NCBI GenBank assembly: GCA_028534125.1
Contig: CM052816.1
Location: 48,610,001-48,674,000 of the forward strand
From: Lama glama
Taxonomy: Eukaryota
Reading direction: 5' to 3'
Length of the DNA: 64,000 nucleotides
The notes under the pieces are model-generated. The model was not told the origin of the DNA and did not search any database. It was given only the letters and a program-made list of their open reading frames with translations. The stretch's first letter is position 1. Each line of letters starts with the position of its first letter. This document shows positions 1 through 12,699 of the stretch, piece after piece. A program made the position numbers and the translations under genes.

Positions 1-600
1 AAAGAAAAGTAGAGTAGATCAGAGAGTGGTCGTGGTGTCCGATTGACACAATTATCTAAAAGTTATTTTTAAATGGCTATAAAACTGATAGATAACAGTA
101 TAGAATGCATAATATAATACCACACAAGATGTACAGAGCAAATTCTCACTTCACAAAAATACCAGAGTAACTATTAATGTTGTTTTTTTTTCATTTTTTT
201 GAGATTTGATTTTAATAGAGGACTTAGGAATTGCTATCCTAATGAAAATGGAAAAAATAAAATAGATTTATAAATAAATTAAGAATATGAGGAAGTAGAC
301 ACTCTCGAAAGTTACTAGTATAAATTAACAAAATCATTTAATGAAATAATTTACTGCATTCTATGATAATTTGTAATGTACACATTTCAGGACCCAACTA
401 TTCCACTTGTTTGTAGCTGTCTAGAAGCAAATGCATTCAAGGAGAAATGATGCTACTCTTTACCCCCGAGCCTTTTGAAGGTCGATATAAAAAGAACCAC
501 TAGGAAAACTTTAGAAATGTTTTCCTGCAATTTGGAAGATGGTGCCTTACACTATAGAAAGCTAGAGGGTTTTTCCTACTGCACTTCTGACACCAGCATT

Positions 601-1128
601 TGTAAGTATAAGGGGATTCCAAGTTCTTTCTCTAGAGCACTTTTGGGACATGTGAGAGAGAGCACAGATATGGGATCACCTTGCATCTTGTCTAAGAGGG
701 CTGCCTGAGAGGAGACCTCAACAGAAGAGTTGGAGGTAAACAACAAAATGCCCTGGAGTGAGGGAGGACTAAAATAGATGACTTCAAGAGAAGATGCCTC
801 ACATTAGTCATGAGTAATGAAAAAGAGGCGTCCAGCTGGGAGCCTTTAAAGTGCCCAGGAAAATGTCCCTGGAGGGCAAGAGTCACATTTAATTATCTGT
901 CAGTCTCAGAGAGTTCGAACTGCAAAACCAAGTAAGCGCTGTCACTGTTGAGAATCCCCTTTCGTCCCCCACTTCCCCTACTTGACAAATGGCTCTGGCC
1001 GGATTTGCAGCTGGCCAGTGGGGTAAGAAATGAGCCTGGAGGTCTTAAATTTATATTAAGAAAATAGAAGCATTCTGCTTTCTTCCCCCTGAAGCTTCGG
1101 CCTGGGCCAATCCCAAATGGTTCAGACA
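601..1128. mobile_element. Possible old LTR-like segment
   Basis: GC-richer island of about 530 bp beginning TGTAAG (601) and ending TCAGACA (1128). No convincing TSD and family not recognised. Confidence 0.3.
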
Positions 1129-1389
1129 AGATTTAAAGCTAAACAATTGCAAAACTATCGTATATACCTGGATATGTTATTTTCTAAATTGAGAATTTTT
1201 CATGTCAAAATGAAAGAAGCATATTTTATTACTAGAAAATGACCTGCTCCTGCTTGGTCTTGGCTAAATCTTCATCAAGCTTCAGGGGATATTCACTCCC
1301 ATAGAATGAAGTTTAAGAAAACAAGAGAGAAAAAAAGTAAAGCTATGTTTTGACTACAATTCACGCCTAAGATTTGTTTAACACATTAT

Positions 1390-1700
1390 TTACATATATT
1401 AACAAGTGAAAACAGCAAGTTACACAATGATACAAAGAAAAGGACCTTATTTATATTTTTAAATGCATTGATATAGAATATCAATAGATACATCATATAA
1501 TGCATATAATATATGAACGCAGAGTAGAGGACCCTAGTGAGTCTTTACTAAACAGTCAGGAGAGGCTACTTCTGGGCTGGAGGGAAAGAGACTTGGAACA
1601 GTGGATAAAGGGGGTTGTATTTGTGTACTGTATTTTTTATTTTTGGCAAGGGCAATGTATTGGTATATTTCTATGTATTTAAAATTCATTTAAAAAGTGC
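1390..1700 (+). mobile_element. Highly decayed L1M(E)-like 3' remnant
   Basis: AAGTGAAAACAGCAAGTTACACAATG followed by a G-rich block and a TGTATT-rich tail resembles old L1ME 3' UTRs. Confidence 0.35.
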
Positions 1701-3844
1701 TCAAATGCCCATGAGGAAACTTCTAAACTTCTAATATTTTTAATTTTAATTACTATAATAATGATAGGTGTAGGAGGCCTTTAAGAGTGGCTTTAAAGAC
1801 ATTACTCCTTGCTTTTCTGAATTGTCTGATGTTCTGTGCTCAACTACTGACTGTCCATTCTGCACATATTCTCAGAATTTGTTATCTTGACATTTATCCT
1901 CTGCTTTTAAAATACTTCTTATTGTTTAAGTAACAATTAGCTAACATTGTAGACACATGTTCACTTGATACTTGTGGAAAAGGCTAGCTCTTCTCTATTT
2001 TTATTAATCTGAGTTTTATATTGATGAGACCAGCTGAATAACTTGGCAAGAAAAAAAAAGTCAGGTCAGCATACAATAATATCAAATAAAAATTAAAGAC
2101 AATCTATTAATGAATTTTTTGTACTATTATTTGATCCAGCTTGTGGAACCCATTTGCTCAAATCTATTTTACAGATTAGCAAATCTCCTCAGGTAATAAG
2201 AGATCAGAAGCTGCCAATGAATTCAGATATATTTGCACTACTTTTATCAATTCGCAATGCCCACTTGCTAGATTGTAAACTACCTGGGTCATACGGCTAT
2301 GCATTATCTCAGATAGGATATGTCCTGTTCAGGAAGGTGAAATACCAGTATGATTCAAACACATTAAAAGTGGACTTCTCAGTTTTTAAATCTAAAAGAA
2401 GTTTTAGCTACACAATGATAAACAATATTATCAAATTTTATGCTAATGACAGTGACACATCATACATATATTTGTAGGTTATGTGGCATAGATAAACAGA
2501 TTTTTAAAAATAGCTTTTGGTACAATTACAGAGGCCAATAGCCTTACATGGAGGGTGCTAGGAAGAACAACGTTCAAAATCTGTTTATATTTAGGATTTA
2601 TATTGTTTCTATAATTTCACACATCAGATTAAATTACACAGGGCATTATAAATCAGATTTTTACCATGCATTTTTCAAAATGACAGCCATTGTCAGGACT
2701 AGCCTTTAAAAATTACTTAATAATATTACTAAGGCTTATAGAACATTTATAAAATGTGGCATTACATTTAGTTGTTATGGGAACAACTTATAGGGCTCTT
2801 AATACAACTGATGTAATTTATGAACAAAATGGAAAATGTTCAAGCACCGGTGAAATAGATCTTTTGAAAAAAACACATTTTTAAAAGAATAAGTGTAACA
2901 GCTGCATCCAGTTGAACTGACTGCTAGTTTATTTTCTTGCCCAAACCTCTGTTAGGCTTATCAAGCTCCTAGGCTTTTCTCTGCCCTTTGATGCTCATTT
3001 TGCCAAATCCCCATTCTTGTCAGTGGGGATTCTACCTATATAGCAATTTTGGAAGATGTCTTCAACAAAATGCTGGAAGTATCCATTGGGCTTCTGAAGG
3101 AAAGTGAAGATGGCCTCAAGCAGAAAAACAGATGTTTGAGAAAGTAAAGCTTTTTTTTCCCTTAAAACATCCTTAAGTTCTAGGGCTCTTCTTCAGTTGC
3201 AAAGTTTCTTTCAGAAACCTGATGCCCTAAAATAGATAATAGATACACCTGACATTCTAGGGTGAAGAATCAATAATTAACTATCTGGCTTAAATTAATG
3301 TGTTTATCCATGCTTAATAATTAATACATTTTCACATGTATTATCATAAATATAGTAAAAATTCAGAGATTTCCTTAAAAGGATCAAAATCATTGAGCAG
3401 GTCCAGTAAGCATTGCTTTGAAGATAGGGAAGAAAAATTCTCATGATACTAAACAAATACTAGTTTTTCAAATAGAAGGGAAATAAATTAGCTACTCAAA
3501 GCACAGAAATATCCAGTTAACTTATGGGGATTTAGAGGAAGAAAGGAGAAAAAGGCTAAGGATAGATTCAGTCATAGAATCACTGATAGTAAAGACTGAG
3601 AGAAATTATAGATCCTCCCTAGAACAACCTTGGCCTGATTTTAAAGTTAAAGAGGTTGAAGCCCATAGAAGACTTACTGGCTTAAAAAGTGAGCTGTCTT
3701 AATGAACTATGTAATCTCTTAAAACATTATTTCAGGTGTCTTCTCTCAAAATTGTATGGTGCAAGATATTCTTTTAACACAACATTCCATAAACAGCTTA
3801 CATTCCATTTTTTATTTGTCTAATTTTACTCTCACAGGTATGAA

Positions 3845-4383
3845 ATGAAGTATTCCCCTTGAATATTCCTGTTTCTCTTATCAAATACTAGTAGAATATT
3901 TATATGTGGAGGTTTAATTCTGGGCTTTCTATTCTGTTCCACTGTTCTCTGAGTCTATATTTATGCCAGTGCCATGTTATTTTAATTACTATAGCTTTGT
4001 AGTATATTTTGAAATCAGTAAGTGTGATGCCTCTGGCTTTGTTCTTATTTCTCAAAATTGCTTAGACTATTCAGGATCTTTTGTGATTTCATACAAATTT
4101 TAAGATTGCTTTTTTCTATTTCTTTGGTAAGTACCTTTGGAATTTTTTTAGGGATTGCTTTGAATTTATAGATGGCTTTGGCTACTATGGCCATCTTAAC
4201 AATAGTAATTCTTCCTATCTATGAATTCAGGGTAGCCTTCCATTTGTTTGTGTCTTTTTCAGTTTTTTTTTCATATCAAGTATTACAGTTTTCATTTTAC
4301 TGATCTTTTACTTCCTTGGTTAAATTTATTTCTAAAATTTTGTTTTTCATGCTATTGTGAATGAGATAGTTTTCTTTATTTCT
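3845..4383 (-). mobile_element. LINE-1 ORF2 fragment (downstream of RT core), antisense
   Basis: Typical antisense L1 ORF2 text: TCTATTCTGTTCCA, TTACTATAGCTTTGTAGTATATTTTGAAATCAG, GTGATGCCTCTGGCTTTGTTC, CTTCCTTGGTTAAATTTATT. Confidence 0.9.
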
Positions 4384-5892
4384 GCAAATATTTGGAAATT
4401 AAACAACACACTCCTGGACAATTAATGGATTAAAGAAAAAATCAAAAGGGCAATAAAAAAAATCTCAAAATAAATTAATGGAAACACAGCATACTAAAAT
4501 TATTGGGATGCTACCAAAGCAATTCTGAGATGGATATTTAAAGAAAAAATGCACATATTAAGAAAATAGAAAGATCTCAAGTAAGCAACCTAACTTTACA
4601 CCTCAAGGAACTCAAAGAAAGAACAAATTGAGGCCAAGGTTAGGAGAAGTAAGGAAATAAAGATCAGAGTGGAAATAAAGAAATAGAGACTAGAAAAGCA
4701 ACAGATCTAAGAGCTGTTTTTTCAAAAAGATAAACAAAATTGACAAACCTTAGCTGGACTAACTTAAAAAAGATAAATGACTCAAATAAATACATTCAGA
4801 AATGAAAAAAAAGAAAGAGACATTACATGTGATACCATAGAAATACATAGGATCATACAAGTCTACTCTGTACATTTTTATGCCAACAATTAGATAAACT
4901 AAAAGAAAAGGATAAATTCCTAAAAACATGCAACTACAAAGGCTGAATCAGGAAAAAAAAGAAAATCTGGAGGGACCAATAATGGATTAGTAATCTAATC
5001 CTGGACATTGGATTAGCAATCTAAAACCTCTCAAGGCAGAAAAACCCCAGGGCCAGATAGCTTCACTGGGGAATTCTAGAAAACATTTAAAGAAGAAGCA
5101 GTGTCAGTTCTTCTCAAACTTTTCCAAAATCTTAAGTGGAGGGATCACTTCTGAACTCATTTTGAGAAGCCAGCATTATCCTGATACCAAAGCCAGATCA
5201 GATAAGGACACTACAAGAAAACTGTAGACCATTATATCTAATAAATATAGATGCAAAAATTCTCAACAAAATGTTAACAAACCAAATTAGGCAATACCAT
5301 AAAAGGATTATAACCATGACCAACTACCAAGTAGGATTTATCCCTGGGATACAAGTCAATAAATATTAAATGCCACATTCGTAAAATTAAAAATATATAT
5401 ATCATATGATCATCTTAATAGATGCAGAAAGAGCATTTGACAAAATACAACATTCTATCATGATAAAACCTCTCAACAAATGGGTATAGAAGGAAAATAC
5501 CTCAATATAATAAATGCCATATATGACAAATCTTTAGGACAAAACCATATAGGACAAATTTATCATACACAATAGTGAAAGATTGAAACTGTATCCCTAA
5601 GATCAGGAGCAAGACAAGTATGCCCACTCTTACCAGTTCTATTCAATATATTACTGGAAGTTCTTGCTAGAGCAATTAGTCAAGACACAAAATAAAAGCA
5701 TGCAAATTGGAAGAAAGGAGTAAAATTATTATTTTCAGGCAATATGATCTTATCTATAGAAAATCCTAAAGTCTTAACCAAAACACTGTTGCAACTAATC
5801 AACGAATCAGCAAAATTGCACAGTATATAACTAACATACAGAAATCAGTGGCATTTCTCTACCCTAACAAGGAAATATCTGAAAAAATAAAA
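4384..5892 (+). mobile_element. LINE-1 ORF2 fragment (post-endonuclease through RT), degenerate
   Basis: TGGAAATTAAACAACACACTC, CCAGGGCCAGATAGCTTCACTGGGGAATTCT (PGPDGFT region), ATAGATGCAGAAAGAGCATTTGACAAAAT (DAEKAFDK), GGAGCAAGACAAGTATGCCCACTCT (GTRQGCPLS). Many stops and frameshifts. Confidence 0.93.
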
Positions 5893-6299
5893 TAATAATA
5901 TTTGGATTGAAGAGCTTTACATCTTTACCACTTTTTTTCACTTTTGTATGAGGCCTACATAAATAATGCATTTGAAAAAATCATTTGCATATATTTTGAA
6001 ATAGTGCATGGGTTTTCTATATAGAACACATTTTTCTGAAAATATTTTTTCTTAAACTTATTAATAAATCTCACCATACTTCATCAACATTCTTCCTAAA
6101 TAATTCTTGGCATATACAATTTAAGAAAGAAATATATTGAATTAGATGCCAAGGGTTAACTACATATTAAATAGTAATTTGAATAGACTTGTTCTTGGCT
6201 CATTAAATATATCCTGATTCAATATGTATTAAAAAGCAATTAAGTTTATACTTGATTAATATACGGTATGTCAAATGTGGATTAGTGAATGTAATTACA

Positions 6300-6480
6300 C
6301 TTTTTTTTTCTACTCTTACTTAATACTCATACATACTACATTACCACATGATCTGCAGTTAATTGAATCCATAGATGGGAAAATGCAGATATATAGAGGG
6401 CTGAATGTAAAATTACATGTGGATTTTCCAGGACTCGAGGGAAGGTACCCCTAGCCTCCAGGTTGTTCAAGGGTCAACTG
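6300..6480. mobile_element. Tigger2/MER8-family TcMar MITE fragment
   Basis: Ends TTGTTCAAGGGTCAACTG followed by TA, the reverse complement of the CAGTTGACCCTTGAACAA TIR. Left boundary approximate. Confidence 0.8.
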
Positions 6481-6869
6481 TAAAACACAAAAAGACTAAA
6501 TCTGAAAACAACAAAATGATATATAGCAAAATTTGCCTATTGGGAATTTAAATTCATGAAGGAAAATATAAAAATACATACTTTAATATGAATGTGTTTT
6601 TGTGTATGTATGTTGATTTCAATATTGTATATTAGAGAGTGATGAGGAAACTGAAGATTCATATTTTATACAGTTAATAAAAGGTATCCTTTTGTTATAT
6701 AAACTATTGATCTTTAAAGTATATACATTATTTCTTTGAATAGTACTTGAAGAAAATTAAGGTTTGTCATTTGTGTAAAATATCTTGTATTAAAGTTACA
6801 TTATATTAAATCATTGTCCCCAGATGTTTAAATGAAAAAAATATGGTTCTCTTATGGAAAATTCCTTTA

Positions 6870-7040
6870 GGGAGAACACAGCTTAGTCTCATAACTAGTA
6901 ACCTAAAAAAACTGCTCTGGTCTACTGTAGAGAGATAAATCTCTTCTTGCAGGTTTATTGTGAGGATTAAAGAGAGAATATATTTAGAGAATCTAATTCA
7001 ATATCTGTCTACAGGTGACAATCCCTCAGGAAATTTTAGC
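6870..7040 (+). mobile_element. MIR SINE relic
   Basis: CAGGTTTATTGTGAGGATTAAAGAGAG matches the MIR core. Confidence 0.55.
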
Positions 7041-7744
7041 TCTCTTCTTCCTTGGCCTTCACATCAGAGAGAGATAGCTTACAGACCATAGAACAAGGAA
7101 AAGTCATTTCTTGTCATATAGTAAAGGAGTAGCATGAACATTTTATTGCTATTTTGAATGAAAATTTTGTATTATATTTTTGCAAAAGGTAAGTATACTC
7201 ATTTTCCCTTTATATTTAATCCTCCCTTTTTAATTCTATTTTACTTTATGTCTAGCAAAGATACTAGCAAATAGTATGACATAGTTTGTGGGGAAAAGAA
7301 ACAGTTCTTCAATTCATCCACTGGCAAAATTTTTAGCATTTACTTCATTTACTTTATATTCATAAACAATCTTAAGTCCTAAATGTGTTGCAGTAAGGAT
7401 GATACTAAAGCTAAAAACAAACTAACAGCACAATTATGTTATGAAATTTTGTGAACAATTTTCACAACACATCAGAGCAATCTGTCAAGGAATTTCTTCT
7501 TTACAGATAGATTCTACCACCTCTTGGCTATTATTCTCTAACACTTCATCAGCTGGTCAAGTCATGCTATGAATGATAGCTTCATAAATGAAAAAGTTCC
7601 CAATAGAATTTCTTGCCCTGCTGCCTACCCAGGGGTTTTGGGTTTTGAAAAGCTTTATTTTTCCTTTTTGGTCTAAGGAGACTCATATACTCGTCATCAC
7701 TAGCAACACTTTATCCCATTCATTTATTTATACCACTTTTATAA

Positions 7745-8418
7745 CTTTAATTGCATTAGAGAAATAAAAATTAAAACCACAATGTGATATAACTATACAC
7801 CTATTAAGAAGTCTATAATAAAGAACTTACAATACCAAGATTTTGGCAAGGAAGTAGAGAAATTAGAGTCCTTAAACATTGATAGTGAAAAGATAAAATC
7901 ATACATGGTTGGCCCTGTGGCTCCAGGCCTCCATATCCACAGATCTGGAGTACTACACTATTTTATATAAGGAATTTGAGCATCCAAAGATTTTGGTATC
8001 CACAGCGTTTCTGGAACCAGTCTTCCCTGCACATACCAAATGAAGACTATAGCCACTTTGGGTCAGTTTGGTAGTTTCTTAAAAAGTAAAACACAAACTT
8101 GACAAATAACTCAGCAATTTCACTGATAGCTATTTCCCAAGGGAATTAAAAATTTATGTGCACAAGGAAAAAAAAAAACCACCTGTAAAATGTTTTCATG
8201 ACTCTCTTCTTTATCCACAAAAGCTGGGAAGAGCTAAAATCTCCTTCTTCAGGTAGATAGATAAGCAAATTGTGATAAAAATATAAAATGGAATATTAAT
8301 CAGCAATAAAAAATAGTAGAATGCTATTATCATGCCATATGTGCTATATGGTACATATACTGTAGCACAAATTAACCTCAAAAGCATTATACTTAAGTGA
8401 AAAGCACCAGACTCAAAT
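7745..8418 (+). mobile_element. Old L1M ORF2-end/3' fragment, interrupted by a MER2-like MITE
   Basis: AAATTAAAACCACAATGTGATA, CAGTTTGGTAGTTTCTTAAAAAG, GATAAGCAAATTGTGAT, ATGGAATATTAATCAGCAATAAAAA. Confidence 0.8.
7903..8051 (-). mobile_element. MER2-like TcMar-Tigger MITE nested in L1
   Basis: TTTTATATAAGGAATTTGAGCATCCAAAGATTTTGGTATCC...CTGGAACCAGTC is antisense MER2-like sequence. L1 text resumes immediately after it. Confidence 0.7.
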
Positions 8419-8650
8419 TGTAAGGCCTAGAATTTCAACTGCTCCCTTGACATCTTTGAGCCTTATAGGTCCCCAGAGGCCCAAGTGTGAGCTTATCTGC
8501 TCTTGCTAGATATGACCCTTACCCAGTGCAAAAGTTTCCTGATCCAGCCCATTCTCCTATCAGCCAGATCAATGGCACTTCACTTGGTCCTCAACCTAAT
8601 GGGTTTCACTTCCCTGCCAACTCATAAAATTATGCAAACAAATCAGTGTG
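8419..8650. mobile_element. LTR fragment (ERV1-like)
   Basis: Starts TGTAAGG exactly where L1 homology stops and is C-rich like a U3 region. No 3' end found. Confidence 0.4.
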
Positions 8651-8685
8651 TATGTGTGTGTTTGTGTTCATACACTTTTTACTTG

Positions 8686-9113
8686 TGTTAGTCTAGGTTC
8701 CTTGAGAAATGCCACTGAAAGAAAATGGTGGAAAATGAGGAGGGAGTAGAAGGACTGGGAGAGCCATCAGACCATGATAGAAGTCTGATTCCAATGAAGG
8801 GAGAGAGGGAAAACAGACAGCAGGACAGGAGGAAGGAGAGTTAGGTAGAAATATTTTAAGCTCTCCTGCATTTGTAAGGAAAGCTCATCAAGATCATCAG
8901 ATAGTCCTCAAAGCAACAACTTCCAACAACAGAGACTCACATATCCCAGGAAGGGGCCTGTCTTAGACTCCAGCCACACTTAGTTACTGAATGGTAGTAG
9001 CCTGTGGGAAATGAAACACAGTGATAGATTTCAGAATCCAGCAGTTGAGTCCTTCAGGCAGTTATGCTCCTTTACAGTGGAAATCTGAGTGACATATCCT
9101 CAGGGTCACCACA
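8686..9113. mobile_element. ERVL LTR (LTR16-like)
   Basis: TG...CA bounded. GGGAGAGCCATCAGACCATGATAGAAGTCTGA...GAAGGGAGAGAGGGAA resembles LTR16-group LTRs. Confidence 0.6.
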
Positions 9114-10249
9114 ATGCTCCATTTATGTTTTTAATGGAGGGCTTTCAGTAAGCTAGGTAACTAGACTGATTTTCCTCTGCATATTTGAAATATGTCTGTT
9201 GACACAATAAAATGTTAACTTGAATAGAAAATTTGGCTAGGAATTCTCTCTACATGGCCAGGATTTGTTTCACTGAAAGGTTCTTAATTAGCATAAACAA
9301 ATGAAATGTCACTAGACTAGGAAGAGCTATACTTGTTTGTATATTTTATTTTCTACCCATCCTCTTCACTGTGTCCACTGTTTTTGTTGCTAAATTCCCT
9401 AGAAAAATCAAAATGGAAACATATATTTCTTAAAATCTATGTGAAAAAAGAAAGGGGGAAATCTGTGAAAGCTTTGTTCTCTAAGTTTTTGTGAATCAGA
9501 CTTTCTTTTCCAAATATATGCTAAGGAAGGTGATGTTTAATTTTGGATTTATTTTAAATTATTGGACCCACTATTTTTTCCAATTAATAGTTCCAATTAA
9601 TATAACAGCTATTATAATGAACACATTTTAGAAAAATACTTTGCAAATTTGAGACATTCAGAAGATCATTTTTTCATTAATATTTTAATGTTATTTTTAA
9701 AAAACACTGTTAACATTTATTATTGACAAATATTCAATCAAATATTTTGCAATAGCTAGAAAAATTACTATTATTAAACACTATTCTATAACTTTATTCA
9801 AAATATATATTTATATTTATAGTCCAGATATAATTTTACATTACATTTGAAAATCTGTATACTCCTATTAGAGAATTAACACTTGAGAATACATATGCTT
9901 TTCAAAGAATTAAAAAGAACTGGAAATATCATATTTTATATTGAATTATTATCTGTTTCAATGTAGTGTATCTCTATGTGCTAGTATAGTCATAAATGTG
10001 GATAAAGACAGCAAATCAGCAAATCAGGCAGATAAATGACTAGGAGTTAACATTCTCATGAAAAAAAGAATTTAGTATTTTATATAGGACTCAGTTTAAC
10101 TGGAGAAATACAAACTTGACTCAAAACCAAAACCTCTAAATTTATATGTATATATGGATATGTGTGTGTGTTTTAATTTTATGAGAAATAATTCCTAATT
10201 CCATCTTATAAGAAAGTAAAACATTGTTTTGTTGTTAGAAAGCTCAATC

Positions 10250-10450
10250 TGAGTTTAAAGCTTATCATCCATAAGCCTTCATATGAACTCTGGAAATTCT
10301 TGGGAAGTTTACCTAAAGCTCACTTTCCTCAAGATTGCAATAGTAACCAAAATATAAGGTTGTCATAAGGATTAAGTGAGATATTAAGATGGAAGGATAG
10401 TTCTAAGAACATTGCTAGCATTTAGTAAATATTAACTTTCATTATTACTA
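10250..10450 (+). mobile_element. MIR SINE relic
   Basis: TTGGGAAGTTTACCT...TTTCCTCA...GGTTGTCATAAGGATTAAGTGAGAT...AGTAAATATTAACT. Confidence 0.6.
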
Positions 10451-12097
10451 TAACTAATGTAGATTTTTAAACTGTGTCCTTATATTGTATTATATGTGAA
10501 TGTAAAAATTATGTATGAATTGTATATGAATGTAATAATCAGGTACGCTAAACTGATAGATTGAAAAGTAGATAAAATCATTAGCAGAGCTGAAGAATTT
10601 TGGACAGTATACATATACTCACCCTGATTCATACCATTTAAAGTAATGTTAGACTGTACTTTAGAATCCATTATTCATTAAGTTTACTGATTTGTGGCAA
10701 TTTGTTTAGAAGCAGAATTCGTAAGAAGTGTCTAAATCCAATATACTTTCATGTTGACTTCCATTACATAATCACAAATGTCACAGATGTCAAATATATT
10801 TCCACAGGAAAAACTGAATTGATTAAAAAAAAATCATATAACTTAAATTTAACACCATGGCAAAACTTCTGAAATTACATATTTAACCTAGATAGGCTTC
10901 CAGATACCCTCTTTGCAGCAATTTCATGAAAATTGGTAGTGAGGAAAAATTGCAGCTAGCTACTGGATTACTTTCTTAAAACTTAACACTAAGAGCACAT
11001 TGCCTGAAAGTTCCTTTGTTTTCTCAGCAAAGTTTCAAGACCAAAGTCTATTAGATGAAAACAAAACAAACAAACAAACAAAAGAAAAGAAAAAAAAAGG
11101 CAGAGGGATAGAAAAGAAGGAAAAGAAAAGGAAAAACCAATGGAAAAAGATAAACCAGTAAGACAGGAAAGAAAATTTAAAACCTTTAAAAAAGGCTTAC
11201 TTTAGTCTTCTGTGGTAAAAAGAGAACTATAACAAAGCCAATTAACTTCCATAAGATGTTTGTGTATTTCCACTGATTTATTGTACAAAATGAATTAATG
11301 CTATATATGAGTTAATTCATTAATTCTGGAGAAAGATGTATAATTATTATTTTTTCAAGAGAATTTGTATGTATTAACATTTAATTCTTCTGTCTAGGAT
11401 GATTTTGAAAACATGACCAAATATTTTACGAAAATCTTTAGCAGAATACTTTGGATCATTATTAATATGAGGTCTAATTTTAGTAACATCTTGCTAAATA
11501 GCATTTTAGTAACATTTTAATAAGACCTTACCAAACAACATAAATAGATAACATCTTACTAAAAAGAAGAAAACTAGAGAATTATTTTCTCTATATTATA
11601 TATGCATTTAAGAAATGCCTTTAGAAAATGAGATATTCCATACACAAAAATACATTTTCCACATAATTTAATGTTATCCCTGAATGTCACTGTTACTAAA
11701 TATCTATCTACATATGTATATGCATATACATATATTTTTTCTTTCTTACTAAAGTTACACATTGAATACAAGTACTTTTCTCTGCTTTCTCTTGAAAAGT
11801 CAATGAATAATACAATGAAAGATTTAATTTTAACATGGTATTTTAAACTTTCCAACTGCTAAGCAAGAGAAGAGAGAAAATTGACCCCCCAAAGATGTCA
11901 AAATATTTTTAAGAAGTTAAAAGCATAACAGAATTGAGCAGAACGTCATATCGAAATCTAAATGCCAGTGGGAGAGGATACCAGTGAAGAGCAAGGCCAT
12001 TTATACCACAGAATCCTGATGATACTGGAAAATTATAGATTAAAAGAATTCCAGTGGCACAGTAAAAATTTAAAATGGAATGTTGGACTCCCAGTAT

Positions 12098-12671
12098 TGT
12101 AAGCAGATGTATTTGGGGGTTTCTGGGAGAGAAAGAACCAGGCATGGGTTTCTTGACAGAAGAGAAACTATTTTTGGCCTAAGTCATTTTGTGATTTAGG
12201 CTTGGCCACAACGCTTGCCCTTGAACTGCTTTCAGTAATCGATGATCTTAAAGGAACAAAAGAATGAAGAAATAAATGACTGTTATCAGGCAAGAGAAGA
12301 ATAGCAAAGATAGTATATCAGTTATAAGCACTCCCAGTTCTGTTTCAGTCTCTAAGATCAGTCTGAAGTGCTTAATCACCAGATCAACTGTAACATAAGG
12401 GATGTTGATGTTGACCTCTCCTGATTCTCATGACTTCAATCAACTAAACCTTGGACTCTGTTGATCACCCAAGCCTCTTCATGAATTTGCATGGACCCTT
12501 AGCTTAAAACTTCCCCAACTTTGCTGTTGAGGAGATACTGTTTTGGGAAAGATCCCTCGTGTTCTCCTTACTTACTGCAAGTAATAAATTCTTTCTTTTC
12601 TGGCTTTTTGTCTTGGTTGTGTCTTGGCTAAACATCCACCAAAAAGAGGCAAACCCAGTTTTGTGGTTACA
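12098..12671 (+). mobile_element. Solo LTR, ERV1 class (574 bp)
   Basis: TGTAA...TTACA inverted termini, 4-bp TSD GTAT (12094-12097 and 12672-12675), AATAAA near 12583 followed by a T/G-rich U5. Confidence 0.85.
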
Positions 12672-12699
12672 GTATCATTTCAGTCAGGTAATGATCTTG

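Noticed and set aside
2154..2477. 107-aa ORF
   Set aside because: Non-ATG start, AT-biased composition, no recognisable family.
11289..11321. 10-bp hairpin AATGAATTAA...TTAATTCATT
   Set aside because: Almost pure A/T and expected by chance at this composition.
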